The notes: generated by a model from the letters alone, not told the origin. Shown: positions 51,087-63,797, counted from the whole stretch's first letter. The stretch is DNA of 63,797 bases, filler included, from Octopus bimaculoides (GCF_001194135.2; 5 parts of 4 records of this genome joined end to end with filler, not necessarily neighbours in it), one strand, 5' to 3'. Numbers and translations: made by a program.

Positions 51087-52341
51087 ATGACGATACAAAG
51101 TTAAAAACATGGACGTCATTTCATCTCCGTCGTGTGAAAAAAAATTACGACAAAAAAATTGGCGTCTCACTACGTAAATTTAAAAAATGTCGCTTTCATG
51201 GTGGCCCCCAAAGCCACATCACACATATATNNNNNNNNNNNNNNNNNNNNNNNNNNNNNNNNNNNNNNNNNNNNNNNNNNNNNNNNNNNNNNNNNNNNNN
51301 NNNNNNNNNNNNNNNNNNNNNNNNNNNNNNNNNNNNNNNNNNNNNNNNNNNNNNNNNNNNNNNNNNNNNNNNNNNNNNNNNNNNNNNNNNNNNNNNNNNN
51401 NNNNNNNNNNNNNNNNNNNNNNNNNNNNNNNNNNNNNNNNNNNNNNNNNNNNNNNNNNNNNNNNNNNNNNNNNNNNNNNNNNNNNNNNNNNNNNNNNNNN
51501 NNNNNNNNNNNNNNNNNNNNNNNNNNNNNNNNNNNNNNNNNNNNNNNNNNNNNNNNNNNNNNNNNNNNNNNNNNNNNNNNNNNNNNNNNNNNNNNNNNNN
51601 NNNNNNNNNNNNNNNNNNNNNNNNNNNNNNNNNNNNNNNNNNNNNNNNNNNNNNNNNNNNNNNNNNNNNNNNNNNNNNNNNNNNNNNNNNNNNNNNNNNN
51701 NNNNNNNNNNNNNNNNNNNNNNNNNNNNNNNNNNNNNNNNNNNNNNNNNNNNNNNNNNNNNNNNNNNNNNNNNNNNNNNNNNNNNNNNNNNNNNNNNNNN
51801 NNNNNNNNNNNNNNNNNNNNNNNNNNNNNNNNNNNNNNNNNNNNNNNNNNNNNNNNNNNNNNNNNNNNNNNNNNNNNNNNNNNNNNNNNNNNNNNNNNNN
51901 NNNNNNNNNNNNNNNNNNNNNNNNNNNNNNNNNNNNNNNNNNNNNNNNNNNNNNNNNNNNNNNNNNNNNNNNNNNNNNNNNNNNNNNNNNNNNNNNNNNN
52001 NNNNTATATATATATATATACACCTACATATATGCACATACATGTATATACATATGTATATACAATTGTAAATGTATTTATATATATATATATATATATA
52101 TAAATATATATATATATAAGCATACACATTGGACATCGAAATATAGATGCATTTGGATAGATAGATAGATACATACATACATGTATACATACAAGCATAC
52201 ATACAGACATACAAAAGGCAGTATAATGAGTGAGAGAGGGAGAGGAAGAGAAGGAGATGGAAAAAAGCACAAATAACTATACAGATGCTTATTTTTTTCA
52301 AAAAATACATCTGATATATCAAAGAAAATATGGCTCTCTCT

Positions 52342-52384
<43 letters not shown>

Positions 52385-53399
52385 CATATATACATATATA
52401 TATATACGTATATGCATCGTTGTTTTTTGTACGACACACCGGATGTTTTCGTTTCATCTTTTCCAATAGGAATTTTAGAAATAAAAAAAATCAACAAAAT
52501 TAGCCCCCAAAAACGGCACATTCTCTCTTTATATTTTCGAATACTTTCTTTTCTTTTCGCCCTTTTTACCGTTTTTTCTTCTTTTTCTTCCATCTTGCTA
52601 TTTNNNNNNNNNNNNNNNNNNNNNNNNNNNNNNNNNNNNNNNNNNNNNNNNNNNNNNNNNNNNNNNNNNNNNNNNNNNNNNNNNNNNNNNNNNNNNNNNN
52701 NNNNNNNNNNNNNNNNNNNNNNNNNNNNNNNNNNNNNNNNNNNNNNNNNNNNNNNNNNNNNNNNNNNNNNNNNNNNNNNNNNNNNNNNNNNNNNNNNNNN
52801 NNNNNNNNNNNNNNNNNNNNNNNNNNNNNNNNNNNNNNNNNNNNNNNNNNNNNNNNNNNNNNNNNNNNNNNNNNNNNNNNNNNNNNNNNNNNNNNNNNNN
52901 NNNNNNNNNNNNNNNNNNNNNNNNNNNNNNNNNNNNNNNNNNNNNNNNNNNNNNNNNNNNNNNNNNNNNNNNNNNNNNNNNNNNNNNNNNNNNNNNNNNN
53001 NNNNNNNNNNNNTATATATATATATATGTATATGTATATATATTCAGATAAAAGCATATGCATAATATAGATAGATAGATAGATAGATACGTACATACAT
53101 ACATACATACATACATACACATACACAGACTCTATCTCTCTCTCTATCTATCTCTCTTTCTTACTCACGTAAATATATCAACATACACAAGATAGGCGGA
53201 CATACAGAGCTCCAGTTTGGCCTCACTCACCTTTCTTGGCACGGAGATTGAAGAATCCTTTTCGGCAAATCTTCAGTTCCTTATTATTTTGCCATTACTC
53301 TCAGAATATCAACTTCTAACCTAACAACAACTGTTTAGGAATTCGCTGCAAATTAGTCTTTGAAACGTTCCATTACAGATGCATGTGAAAATGTGTATA

Positions 53400-53451
<52 letters not shown>

Positions 53452-54224
53452 NNNNNNNNNNNNNNNNNNNNNNNNNNNNNNNNNNNNNNNNNNNNNNNNN
53501 NNNNNNNNNNNNNNNNNNNNNNNNNNNNNNNNNNNNNNNNNNNNNNNNNNNNNNNNNNNNNNNNNNNNNNNNNNNNNNNNNNNNNNNNNNNNNNNNNNNN
53601 NNNNNNNNNNNNNNNNNNNNNNNNNNNNNNNNNNNNNNNNNNNNNNNNNNNNNNNNNNNNNNNNNNNNNNNNNNNNNNNNNNNNNNNNNNNNNNNNNNNN
53701 NNNNNNNNNNNNNNNNNNNNNNNNNNNNNNNNNNNNNNNNNNNNNNNNNNNNNNNNNNNNNNNNNNNNNNNNNNNNNNNNNNNNNNNNNNNNNNNNNNNN
53801 NNNNNNNNNNNNNNNNNNNNNNNNNNNNNNNNNNNNNNNNNNNNNNNNNNNNNNNNNNNNNNNNNNNNNNNNNNNNNNNNNNNNNNNNNNNNNNNNNNNN
53901 NNNNNNNNNNNNNNNNNNNNNNNNNNNNNNNNNNNNNNNNNNNNNNNNNNNNNNNNNNNNNNNNNNNNNNNNNNNNNNNNNNNNNNNNNNNNNNNNNNNN
54001 NNNNNNNNNNNNNNNNNNNNNNNNNNNNNNNNNNNNNNNNNNNNNNNNNNNNNNNNNNNNNNNNNNNNNNNNNNNNNNNNNNNNNNNNNNNNNNNNNNNN
54101 NNNNNNNNNNNNNNNNNNNNNNNNNNNNNNNNNNNNNNNNNNNNNNNNNNNNNNNNNNNNNNNNNNNNNNNNNNNNNNNNNNNNNNNNNNNNNNTATATA
54201 TATATCTATGTATATATATATATA

Positions 54225-54680
54225 AATATTCTGCTCAGTACCACAGATTTGCTGGTCAGTTGTTTGACCTTAACCAGTTGAGCATGTCCCTTGGTGGCTG
54301 ATGATATGTGCATCTCTGATCATGAGCAGAAGTAGTGGGGGAGCATCATAGCCATGGGTTGAGAGGAATTCTTTGGGGTTTGAAAAATTCACCTTTGGAA
54401 ACGTAGGTGTTTCGTTCAACATCCGTAGACAACCCTTATTCAGGGATGTTTTTGGAGTGGGATGGGCTACACGATCTGAAGCAGTTTCTAAGTAGACCCC
54501 CACCTGTTGGGACATGCGCTGTTCATCTTGATAAGAAGTCACCATGTCGCGCACATATGGTTGTGATGCATGTGCCTGGTGTACCCTTATCAGACGGGTA
54601 GTCATGATGGGTATAATGGGCTTCGTATGTTTTACCCCAGTGTCACTATGTTAATGGCATGCACTGCTCCCTCGCCCAAT
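54225..54680. mobile_element. ~560-bp interspersed repeat (family G), inverted relative to 58670-59232
   Basis: CATCTCTGATCATGAGCAGAAGTAGTGGGGGAGCATCATAG and GTGTACCCTTATCAGACGGG are reverse complements of motifs in 58670-59232. Confidence 0.85.
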
Positions 54681-54725
54681 AACAACAACAGCAACAACAA
54701 CAATAACAATAATAATAATGATGAC

Positions 54726-54756
<31 letters not shown>

Positions 54757-54774
54757 GTGGTGGTGGCGAACCCT

Positions 54775-55025
54775 GTTGTACTCTTTCACCTCAACTTTCT
54801 CTCTCTCTTTCTTCCTGTTTCTGTTGTACCTGTAATTCAAAAGGGTCAGCCTTGTCACACTCTGTGTCACGCTGAATATCCCTGAGAACTACGTTAAGGG
54901 TACACGTGTCTGTGGAGTGCTCGGCCACTTGCACGTTAATTTCACGAGCAGGCTGTTCCGCTGATCGGATCAACTGGAACTGTCGACGTCGTAAGCGACG
55001 GAGTGCCAACAACAGCAACAACAAC
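54775..55025 (+). mobile_element. SINE family E 3' part with (CAA)n tail
   Basis: GTGCTCGGCCACTTGCACGTTAATTTCACGAGCAGGCTGTTCCG..GGAGTGCCAACAAC. Confidence 0.8.
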
Positions 55026-55602
55026 ATACATATAATCATGTGCGCGGTCTCAAAATTATACACCCCGGCATGTACATATTCGCTCGCAAGTTTATACATA
55101 TTAACAATCACACGCAAACACGCATAACTAGCTACACAAACATGCAAACATATTCACAAATACACACACATAAGCCCGCCCACGTTACGAATATGAAATA
55201 TACCATCATATAGATATATATATATATGCATGATTCACAAATACGCACATATACACACACAAAGTAAATATTCACAAAATAAATAGTAGAATATTCTCCA
55301 CGCCGCCGCGAAAATAACACTAACAACAAGTGAAGAATACGAAAACACTAATGTAAACAACTCGAACATTAAAGAGAACCAGAATAAAATTCAGGGTAAC
55401 AAAAGTTACACCAACATAGGCAACAACAGTAAATAGAAAAACAACAACAACAACAACAGTTGCAAAAATAACATGTATGAATAAACATTATCTTATGAAG
55501 GAGATCGATAACAAAAAAAAAGAAAAGAAAAAGTATATTTTTTTCGTTGAAAACTTATAATTACGTCCTGTTAGGAATAGGTACATCTACACATACATGC
55601 AT

Positions 55603-55702
55603 NNNNNNNNNNNNNNNNNNNNNNNNNNNNNNNNNNNNNNNNNNNNTTAATTAATTAANNNNNNNNNNNNNNNNNNNNNNNNNNNNNNNNNNNNNNNNNN
55701 NN
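55603..55702. other. Artificial 100-bp scaffold linker
   Basis: 44N-TTAATTAATTAA-44N. Confidence 0.95.
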
Positions 55703-55762
<60 letters not shown>

Positions 55763-57139
55763 CTATATATGCACACACTCATATGTATATGTGTATGCAT
55801 GTGTTCATACTTTCAGACGTTTATACACAGATACATACTATTACTGATGTGTAAAAGCGCATTCACACAAAGATGTATATGTTTGCATTCTTACATATCT
55901 ACATTTATATACATGTATATTCACACATATGTACATGTATCTACTTTAATACTTCCTGACCTTCCCCAGAAATATATGTGTATATGTGCATACATACATT
56001 TCATACATACACACACAAACAGATACATTCATATATATATATATATATTCTTACATACATACATACTTAAATACCTACCTACCTACCTACTTACATACAT
56101 TCATACATACATCCATACTTACATGCATACATACATACATACATACATACATACATACACACACGAATACGTACATCTTTGGTTGTATGAGCGGAGTCAG
56201 AATATTGGCTGATATTCGGAAGCGTTAGAAAAAAGAAAAGGGCAATCTGAGAGTTAAGAGAGAATTGTTAGAAGAATGACATGGTTTTGAAGGAAGGAGT
56301 TCAGAACAACGATTATGTATAATCTTGGAGAAGATAACCTGATAAAAACAGATGTTCTTTTTACACTACACTGCATTCTTATACAAGATTATATTCTGGA
56401 AATCAGATTAAATGTTAGCGGGAACAATAAGAAAGTCAAACAATATAGAATAAACAACATAGGAATACGTACAGGTGCATTGTTTATCAATGTAACGCTA
56501 ATTATTATTATTCTGTGATTTTGTTTTCCATGTAGATTCTATCATTTATAAATCAATTTTTTAATTGTTTGACAAAAGTGCTAGCAATCGACATGGTGTA
56601 CGTAGTCATACACGCTCTTATGTATACACGTATATTATTATTATCATCATTCAGGTCACATGATCACACAGACACAAACCTATGTATATATGTGTATAGA
56701 TACATTTATACGCAAACTTATACATACATACATACATACATATATACATAAATACATAGCTTAGCATAGATGTCTGTATAATAGATATATAATAGATATG
56801 TATTTCGTACATGTATGAATATTTTGCTGTCTTACCTATCATAAAATTACTCACTCACATACAAACGCTCTCTCTCTCTCTCATACATACGCACTCACAC
56901 GCACGCATACACACCCACTCTCACACATACACGTTATGCCTTTCTAGGATATTTACGGGAAATATAACGTAGTATGGGATAGAATAACTAGCATTAAAGA
57001 ATAACGTGCAAAAGAACACAAGCACAAGCGTATACACACAAAGTTTATATTAGTTTATATTCTTCCAATTTTGCATATATACATTCATACACAATTTTCT
57101 TTTCGTATCGCTGATGGAGTACTTTTTAACTTTTTATCT

Positions 57140-57551
57140 ACTCTTTTACTCTTTTACTCTTTTACATGTTTAAGTCATTTGACTGCGGCCATGCTGGAGC
57201 ACCGCCTTTAGTCGAGAAAATCGACCCCAGGACTTATTCTTTGTAAGTCTAGTACTTATCTTATCGGTCTCTTTTTGCCGAACCGCTAAGTTACGGGGAC
57301 GTAAATACACCAGCATCGGTTGTCAAGCGATGTTGGGGTGACAAACACAGGCATACAAACACACAAACATATTTATATACATATATACGACGGGCTTCTT
57401 TCAGTTTCCGTCTACCAAATCCACTCACAAGGCTTTGGTCGGCCCGAGGCTATAGTAGAAGACACTTGCCCAAGTTGTCACGTAGTGGGACTGAACCCGG
57501 AACCATGTGGGTTGTAAGCAAGCTACTTACCACACAACCACTCCTGCGCCT
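57140..57551 (-). mobile_element. Full-length young SINE (family A head, short microsatellite, B tail)
   Basis: Head 57551-57388 and tail 57365-57140, ending in (TCTTTTAC)n; CpGs intact. Confidence 0.9.
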
Positions 57552-58638
57552 TTGTGAACAAAATTTGTGAAAATTTATGTGTCTCATTTCAACTTCAGAT
57601 TTGAATCTTGTATCTCTTTTAGATCAACTATGTGTAATAATATTTACTTTTTGGCTAGAAGAAATGCTGTCTTCGTTGGTTTTCTTCATAATTCAATGAT
57701 ACTTATGACAACCGTGACTGACAGTTACAATTCTACTCTGTTGTCGTACATGCAAAAACAAATGGTCAAGGTTAGAGAGTTCTCGTGATATTTTTTTACA
57801 GAACAACATAGTCATCCATGCAATATATATATATATATATAAACTACATAAAGAATACAAAAAGCCCTAAAGACACACATTTCTTCTTGAATACAAGTTT
57901 ATCCTTCTGTCTTTTAATAGCTAGACGGCTACCTGCCTACACACTTTCTTACCTACCGAACTACCTACCAACACACACATGTGCGCATACATATTCATTT
58001 CTGTACATCTATGCATGTATGCACAGTTTTGTTAATATGCATATGTAAAGTAGGAAGGAAGGTTATTTATAACGTTACACCAATCCATCTTACGTACGTT
58101 TCATTATGATAAAGCTATTTCTGGTTAAAAATTACACGTCTCTGCCGATTTGGCACAAAGAATGGATTACGTAATTTGTAATTTTACATTTTGATATCAA
58201 TAATCCGAAAATGCTAATGAAACTCGAGTATGATAGGGTAATGAAACATCTAAAAAATCTCTCATGATTTGCTTACTTTCTCTATATTCTCTGTGGAACA
58301 ATCAAACTTAACAGGGGCTAAAATTACAATTCACGAAAGAAAATTCAAATAGACTTCTTAATATTCGGTGGTGGGATGTCAAATCGAACTGAGATGGGTG
58401 AGATTGTCAGGTTCTTCAAAATATATTTTTGCCTGTGTCCGCAACTACTGAAAATTTCAGCCCTCAATTTCAATATTGATTTGGGGATATTTAATCTGAA
58501 CAGTATTTGCGGTCTTTCAGCCAAGCAAAGCCTACGTGGCTGGCTGTCCTTATGTCAGAAGGAGGCTATGTGGGTGGCATACCGTTTTTAAAATTATCCT
58601 TCAATAATCCAATATTGGTCTTTCTTTCGTTGTAGCGC

Positions 58639-58669
<31 letters not shown>

Positions 58670-58672
<3 letters not shown>

Positions 58673-59228
58673 GAGTGAGAGAGCAGTGCATGCCATCAAA
58701 GTGACACTGGGGTAAAATATACGAAGCCCAGTATACCCATCATGACAACCCGTCTGATAAGGGTACACCAGGCACATGCATCACAACCATATGTGCACGA
58801 CATGGTGATCTCATATCAAGATAAACATTGCATGACCTCGCAGGTGGGGGCCCAGTTAGAATTTTCTTCGGGTCGAATAGCCCATTCCGCTCAAAAGGTC
58901 CCTGAATAAGGTTTGTTTAAAGATGCTGAACAAAACAACCATGTTTACGAAGGTGAATTATTCAAACCCCAAAGAATTCCTCTCAACACATGACTATGAT
59001 GCTCCCCCACTACTTCTGCTTGTGATCAGAGATGCACATATCGTCAGTCACCAAGGGACACGCTCAACTGGCTGAGGTCAAACAACTGACAAGCAAATCT
59101 ATGGTACTGAGCAGAATATTTGCTGTAGCCCATCTTTTTATACCAAGACAAAACAATGTACATGATAACACTTCCAATCAATTAAGATCAGAAGCCATGA
59201 GAGCCACTGCCTGGTACTGCATCCGGGC

Positions 59229-59232
<4 letters not shown>
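58670..59232. mobile_element. Family G repeat, flanked by (TTA)n on both sides
   Basis: Extensive inverted match to 54225-54680. Confidence 0.85.
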
Positions 59233-59321
<89 letters not shown>

Positions 59322-59324
<3 letters not shown>

Positions 59325-59675
59325 CTGCAGTGATTTCCGCCACATATGCAATTACCTTGGTCATGCACTGTTGTTCGAGTGGACAGGATCCTGGATCGCG
59401 ATGCAGCTGGCTCTCTAGGATCGCGGTTTCGATTCCCAGACCGGGCGTGGTGTGTGTTTATTGAGCAGAAACACATAAGCTCCACGATGCTCCGGCAGGG
59501 GATTGTGGTGAACCATGTTGTACTCTTTCGGCCCAACTTTCTCCCACTCTTTCTTCCTGATTCTTGAGTAAAGCTGCGATGTACTGGCGTCCCGTCCAGG
59601 TGAGGGAGGTAACACATACGCCATAGAAACCTAGAAACCGGGCCCATCAGCCTGGCTAGGCTTTAAAAAAGGGCA
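59322..59675 (+). mobile_element. tRNA-derived SINE (family F variant)
   Basis: B box GGTTTCGATTCCC; 3' part ACTGGCGTCCCGTCCAGG..GGCTAGGCTTTAAAAAAGGGC is the reverse complement of 48447-48540. Confidence 0.75.
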
Positions 59676-59689
59676 AAAAAAAAAATGAA

Positions 59690-60590
59690 ACACTTCAATG
59701 CTGGAGCCGCAACCATATGATAATTTTACTGATCGCCTGTTCAAAAAAATTTGTATATCTGTGGTTTACAGGAAAATGTTTGGCTAGGAGAGTCCAAAAT
59801 CTCCTACCAATGTTCACTTTTACATTGTGAAAAGCGAGGGATGATCCAAATGTTTTATGTTAGTATGTTTATGCGCTACATTATCTTTGGTACTACTATA
59901 TCTACCTTAATATCATGATTTGTATGTTAGAGGGATTATAAGTTAACTTATCTCTACAACCACTGTCGAGAAGGACCTTATTATAGAATAGAGGTTAGAC
60001 ACTACTAATTTTGGCTACCAGTTTTTTTTTTTAATATAGAGGGAGGGTGATAAGACTGCCTATTTATATATGTAAGCTTCTCGTTCTGTTTATAAAATAA
60101 CTTTATAAGAGGAAGTATTTAGATCTAGTGACACGTATAAATAGTCTACTGCAGAGAGATAAATAGCTACTGTGATTTTAAACCCTAATTGGTTAAAGGT
60201 TTTTACAAAATCTAATATTACTAATTCGGTTAAGAATATCAGTCTCAAAAGGGACCAAATCGTTGATACTTAGGGGTTATTTTCTTGTTTTTAAATCATA
60301 ACATGCTTTATGCAGGGGAGATATTTAGGAATCCAAAAATAATGCTTTCTATCTCACCCGTTTCTTGAAGTCTTCAACTGTCTCATGTAATATACTCAGG
60401 TATAGTGTATTTGGTGGAATAGGTATATTCTTAGTAGAATAATCGAAGTGGTATAAATCCATAGTATTTAACGTTTAACCAATTAGGATTAAAAATCACA
60501 GACGCAGCAGAGTATGTTGTTGCAAGAACGAGTTTACTGCCCAATGGGAGACTGCTTTCGGTGTTCCTCATAGGAGCTTGTGTTTACGCC
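59690..60590 (-). mobile_element. Penelope-like element remnant: ORF N-terminus fused to the post-YRDD RT/thumb region (RT core deleted)
   Basis: FDYSTKNIPIPP..VEDFKKRVR*KALF..DLVPFETDIL..IRF, then FNQLGFKITV..VDYLYVSLDLNT, FYNKVLLDSGCRDKLTY, VKVNIGRRFWTLLAKHFP..SVKLSYGC. The second half is colinear with the 30785 PLE fragment. Confidence 0.8.
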
Positions 60591-60597
60591 TTTGCTA

Positions 60598-61275
60598 ATA
60601 ATCTACTATAGGCAGAAGGCCTGAAATTTAGAGGAGGGGGATAGTCGATTACATCATCCCCAGTACAAAATTGGTGCTTTTGTTTTCGACCCCAAAGCAA
60701 AGTCGATCGAATATGAACTCAGAACGTGAAGACGGACAAAATACCGCTACACATTTCGTCTAGCGTGATAGCGATTCTGCCAGCTTGCCACATTTACACC
60801 TTTGTTAATTATTACTATGGTAACACTTGTGGCAAGATGCGACATAGCTGCATGCAAATAATTCCTTTCTGATGACGGATAAGGAAGAACAAATGGTGTT
60901 TTGCATGTGTTTCAACTTTTGGTACAACGCCAGCAATTTGGCGGAGGGGCTAAATCAATTTCATCGACACCAGTTCACAACTGGTAAGTATTTTATGAAC
61001 CAGAAATGAATGAAGGCATGCTAACGATTCTGCCAGCCCGTTGCCTTTACAAATTATCAGTAACAATGGTTTTAAATTGTGGAACAAGGCTAGTATTTTC
61101 GGGAAGGTTTTAAGCTGATTACATAGACCACAATACTTAACTTGTACCTATTTTATCGACTCCGAGTGGATGAAAGCCAACGTCGACCTTGGCGAAATTT
61201 GAACTAAGAACGTAAAGTCGGATACAGACCGCTAAGCATTTCGCAGTGCGTGCTAATGTTTCAACTAGTTCACCG
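60598..61275 (-). mobile_element. Cluster of three SINE family C copies (~60598-60790, ~60890-61040, ~61060-61275)
   Basis: Each has GTCGATTACATC../ATCGAC..CAGT and CGATTCTGCCAGC motifs. Confidence 0.8.
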
Positions 61276-61784
61276 ACTTTACAAGTCATTATAATAATGA
61301 AAACAAAGAAAGAAAAGTATAGAAAATATTGTTAAACTTTTCGATGCACAAATGAGTTAATGTTTATTGCGGAAATTCTCAGCAGCACGCATTTGATTAA
61401 AGAAATTTACAAGAGCTGAAAGGCAACGGACGGAAAAGTGAGTATGTAATGCATATGTTCAAATGAAATTTTGATTAAATTTATTGCTAGATTTATTCAT
61501 TAGTTACGAATTTATGCTCCGTTATGAAACAACATATGGCTCATAAAAATATTACTATGCACAAAAAGCAGAGTGTGCTTCATGCTACACATGAGTTTTG
61601 TAAAACATTGATATTGCATAGTGCTTTATAGTTTTCATAAACATATCGGCGAATTGGCAAAATGAGCGCAAACAAATCCAAACCATCATCACAGACACAG
61701 ACACATATCCGCACATATAAAAGCCCTCAAACAATCAAGAAAGAATTAACACACTCAATTACCTATACATATACAAGAAGGATT

Positions 61785-62075
61785 CCTGGCTCTACGTCGG
61801 CTACGACGACGAGGGTCCCAGTTGCTCCGATCAACGGAACAGCCTATTTGTGTATTTAACTAGCACGTAACTGAGTACTCAGGCAAGTGTACCTTTCACA
61901 TAGTTCTCAGCGAGATTCAGTGTGAGACGGAATGTAACAAAGCTGGCCCTTCGAATTTTTGCCAGCCGACTGGATTGGAGCAACGTGAACAAAAGTGTGG
62001 ACACACCACACCACAGAGTATCAAACTCACAACCTTACAACCATGAGCTTAATACCTTAAATACCAAGCTATGTG
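61785..62075 (-). mobile_element. SINE family E
   Basis: GACGAGGGTCCCAGTTGCTCCGATCAACGGAACAGCC..GGATTGGAGCAACGTGAA. Confidence 0.75.
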
Positions 62076-62119
62076 CCTTTACATATACTTAATTACATGC
62101 GCACACACATGTACGCAAT

Positions 62120-62182
<63 letters not shown>

Positions 62183-62230
62183 TGAGGAGGGTATTGGATT
62201 TAGCCAAACCCCGGAGGATACAGGTAATAC

Positions 62231-62330
62231 NNNNNNNNNNNNNNNNNNNNNNNNNNNNNNNNNNNNNNNNNNNNTTAATTAATTAANNNNNNNNNNNNNN
62301 NNNNNNNNNNNNNNNNNNNNNNNNNNNNNN
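62231..62330. other. Artificial 100-bp scaffold linker
   Basis: 44N-TTAATTAATTAA-44N. Confidence 0.95.
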
Positions 62331-62973
62331 TATGAAATATTTTACAAAATAAATTTTCGTTGCAGTTCTCTTCTACATCTTATTGAAATTTGGAAATGGA
62401 CGTAAGTAGATTTATATCAATATATAGACCTATATCTATGAAAATTATGAAAATCACTTCACAAACATTTAATTTATAAGTTCAGTGTAGGAAAATATTT
62501 TCCTTCTCAGAGTAAATTAGTTGAAAAGAAAATTTTTAATTCTGAGTTCAAAATAAAACAGCCGTGTAATGACGAATTCAATTCTTAACATAATTTCCAT
62601 TGATTATAATTCAGTTTTTCGTCAGTTTGTAAGCATTTTGTTAAATATAACAAAGTGCTGACATTGGGGCCAACTTTACAATACACAACCGTTAAATATT
62701 ATAGGATATAACATGTGAATCATTTAAATAATAGAATTAATTAAACAACTTTAAACACTCATTCGCAGTCATTTTCATTAAACAGATAATACATCCCAAG
62801 ATGCTTTGTACCTACACTATGGTAGTAACAACTTTATCACTTCTTTTATGTTAAAAACATCAATATTGATCGTCAAACATTTAATATTCTATTTCTTTAT
62901 TATTATCTATTTTCACAATCTTTTATTTTCGTCATCTTATTTTGGTTGTTTAATTTGCCTGGCTTTGTTACAG

Positions 62974-63231
62974 TTGAATATCTGAAGTATTTTATGAAAG
63001 TAGAAGACTGTACTCTCAAAGAAGGTAAAATATTGATGACACTTGACGTGGATGTCTTCGACTGTTCGAAGAAGTGTTTTGAAACTTCGGTGTGTAAATC
63101 CTTCGTGAGCAGAACGATAAATCCAAGCTGTATTTTATACGAAGATGACTCAACAGAGAAAATGCTAATAGACGCAACTAACACCCATTTTTATCAGTTG
63201 AGAAGATCTGTGCCGACTAAATATAGAGACG
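62974..63231 (+). CDS. Internal coding exon encoding a PAN/Apple-like domain (258 bp, phase 1-1) of an unidentified extracellular protein
   Basis: Acceptor GGCTTTGTTACAG|TT and donor GACG|GTAAAC; stop-free 86 codons: EYLKYFMKVEDCTLKEGKILMTLDVDVFDCSKKCFETSVCKSFVSRTINPSCILYEDDSTEKMLIDATNTHFYQLRRSVPTKYRD. C..CxxxC..CKSF..CxL..FY fits the PAN/Apple pattern. Confidence 0.82.
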
Positions 63232-63291
63232 GTAAACAAATTTGAATCTTCTGGATTTATTTCATTCTTTGACATGTGTTCTATGTTTTAG

Positions 63292-63353
63292 TCCAAAGAG
63301 AGACAAAACCGTCTGCATTTGAAAAGTCTCTGCGATTTCTCAGGTCAATGTAG
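63292..63353 (+). CDS. Possible next (terminal) exon of the PAN-domain gene
   Basis: Acceptor TGTTCTATGTTTTAG|TC is phase-compatible and gives VQRETKPSAFEKSLRFLRSM*. It needs a short 60-nt intron. Weak. Confidence 0.25.
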
Positions 63354-63444
63354 AATGGTGTCTGTAGATAAAAAAAATTGTTTGTAGAGTTTTCGTTTCA
63401 GAGAATGAAAATTTAAATTTTGGATCGGGACAAAAAATCACCGA

Positions 63445-63500
<56 letters not shown>

Positions 63501-63524
63501 TGTTGTTTTTTTTTAATCCTGTCT

Positions 63525-63650
63525 ACTATAATGACAATGGCTGAAATTTTGTGGCAGGAACTATAATCGATTACATGAAGCCCAGTTCTTGACTTGAATA
63601 TAGTTTATCACCGCAAATCATTTTATCCGGCGTTCTAACGATTCTAGAGA
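63525..63650 (-). mobile_element. Decayed SINE family C
   Basis: GGCTGAAATTTTG..AATCGATTACATGAAGCCCAGT..CTAACGATTCT. Confidence 0.6.
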
Positions 63651-63753
63651 AGCGATCAAAGAAACTAAATTCAATTCTTTTTTGAGACGTCATCAGTGGC
63701 AACTTTAAGACTTCACTAAGTCACTGCTTATATACCCTCTATTACTAGGCGTT

Positions 63754-63797
<44 letters not shown>

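Noticed and set aside
59700-60560. Possible mitochondrial insertion (TCGCCTGTT resembles a 16S motif)
   Set aside because: The minus strand translates into recognisable PLE motifs colinear with the 30785 fragment.
61380-61445. Strong donor AA|GTGAGT at ~61438 with an upstream exon
   Set aside because: All frames from nearby acceptors contain stops; a UTR exon cannot be supported without RNA data.

Overview
Eukaryotic, AT-rich, microsatellite-saturated draft genomic DNA. It has 16 ordinary N gaps plus four artificial 44N-TTAATTAATTAA-44N scaffold linkers that split it into five blocks (1-20362, 20463-40320, 40421-55602, 55703-62230, 62331-63797). The SINE content and repeat landscape look like an octopus (coleoid cephalopod) genome; this is an inference from pattern recognition, not a database hit. 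Nearly all of the supplied ORFs are microsatellite or gap artefacts. One host exon is well supported: a phase 1-1 PAN/Apple-domain exon at 62974-63231. The rest is decayed transposable elements: a Tx1/L1-clade LINE (8780-11530, -), three mariner fragments, a MULE transposase pseudogene, an RTE LINE fragment with a PHD-like finger, three Penelope-like element (PLE) remnants, a DINE-1/HINE-like Helentron derivative, piggyBac-like MITEs and dozens of SINE copies. The most interesting signal is a set of type I hammerhead ribozyme (HHR) motifs. Two have intact catalytic cores. One (45831-45925) has a long bulged helix I and looks retrozyme-like. The other (20022-20150) has a palindromic helix III and a ~100-nt extended helix II. 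Several decayed HHR relatives are tied to PLE tails, including one downstream of a tRNA-like Pol III head. Also notable: two near-perfect hairpins (15153-15295 and 24150-24233), and a CpG-depleted block (about 21.5-38.5 kb) that suggests a methylated gene body. No CRISPR array, rRNA gene or intact tRNA gene was seen. Nothing was run computationally; alignments and folds were done by eye.
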